The notes beneath the pieces were generated by a model. The model was not told the DNA's origin. It ran no database searches and saw only the letters and a list, made by a program, of their open reading frames with translations. This document shows positions 62,901 through 64,000 of a DNA stretch of 64,000 nucleotides, one piece after another (positions within the stretch are counted from its first letter, which is position 1; every line of letters starts with the position of its first letter). Source of the stretch: Chiloscyllium plagiosum (Eukaryota); assembly GCF_004010195.1 (NCBI RefSeq), contig NC_057728.1, forward strand, positions 45,417,419 through 45,481,418, written 5' to 3'. The position numbers and the translations under genes were made by a program.

Positions 62901-64000
62901 TTTTTCAAAAGCCATGCAATGTAATTAATACCTAGGTGCAGCTTTCACCAAAGTATGTTGTTATAGTGTGGAAGGTACATTTGGCTTTAATAATCTCTCT
63001 TCAAAGTGGACACACACGCAATGGATGCTCCAACTATATCCCACAGTGCACTCTCCAATGAATTCCAAAACCCTGGGGTGAATCCTCAAGATCCTTCTTC
63101 CAAAGCTATTACAATAAAAGTTACCTGATGATATGGATACACTTGGCTCAGTGAGCTTGATATCAATAGCTGTTGCATTGTTTCTCAGATTGCAATCTCA
63201 ACACTAGCTCATGCTGAACTAAGGCTCCAGCCAAACAAATATTTTCACACCTAGTTCCCAGCAGTAAGCTTTGCTGAGCTCAACTGGAGCTTAATTTGGA
63301 ATGGTTTTGTTAATTACTTCAATTCCCTTCTTCACTTGTTCACATGTGTTCACTTGTTATGGAAGCCTGGAATGAAAATGCTGCATTAGATGATAATCTT
63401 AAACGTAATCACTGCAAAAGTTGGCAGCATTTTCTTATTTCCCTAAGACTGAAGGTTTGATGATTTGATTAAACTCTAGTTTTGAATTTTTGGTATCATT
63501 TGCAATAATGTACCCCTTCAACAATGCACTATCAAAAGAAAATCTCCAAAAAAATCTTTGTTAAAATCTTTGGTTCTGAAAATTGCACATTATGCAGTAA
63601 AGCTGCTGTGATTAATGCAATAATGATCAGAATGATAACATGGGAATGTTCATCATTAGTTTTTAAAGATAAAAGAAAAACAAATGCAAATACGGTAAAA
63701 CTGAAATAGAGATGTATCTATTATTTGCCACCATTTACATCCTTGAAAACTGAACAAAAACAATGCATTGCTTTTAAGAGTATTTTAGCTCATTTAGAAA
63801 GGAAATACTTAAAAATAGAGAAGTCTGTTTATGATGCAAATAGTAATTGGGCAAAATTGTGCTCAAAAGTACACCCGTTTTGGGAAGTGCTCATTCTCTT
63901 GAGTTTCTGCAAACTCATTGTCGAATGTAAAATCTGTCATGACCAGTGCAATAATAAATCCTGCTTTAACTCTATTTTTTTGTGCTTTTAAGAGTGGTTT

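Noticed and set aside
23437..64000. Second host gene (e.g. RASSF9) downstream of ALX1
   Set aside because: No exon with recognisable protein similarity; the listed ORFs are short, random or repeat-derived. Small or non-coding exons cannot be excluded by eye.
1..64000. CRISPR array or prokaryotic system
   Set aside because: Spliced vertebrate locus; the repeats are dispersed retroelements, not regularly spaced arrays.

Overview
Eukaryotic, AT-rich vertebrate genomic DNA. The repeat content (HE1-type V-SINEs, CR1/HER1 LINE tails, Deu-domain SINEs) points to a cartilaginous fish, probably a shark. The only host protein-coding gene I can support is a complete four-exon ALX1 (Cart1) paired-class homeobox gene on the + strand: CDS join(969..1194,10074..10378,16628..16756,23116..23436), 326 aa, all introns GT-AG. 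The ~40 kb downstream is a gene desert. The most notable hidden signal is a set of minimal type-I hammerhead ribozyme motifs (CTGANGA-A-stem II-GAAAN-NTH with a 4-nt palindromic stem III). They sit at the 3' end of Penelope-like (RT + GIY-YIG) retroelements and in many 90-210 bp non-autonomous, TSD-flanked derivatives belonging to at least three sequence families with different but pairing-compatible stems. Other observations: fold-back insertions, a locally templated inverted duplication fused to a SINE, a 30-bp hairpin flanked by direct repeats, a Harbinger transposase fossil, and candidate POU-dimer and paired-homeodomain (P3) sites near ALX1. Exon boundaries were read to the base; most repeat boundaries are approximate. 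Family names and protein comparisons come from recall, not from database searches.
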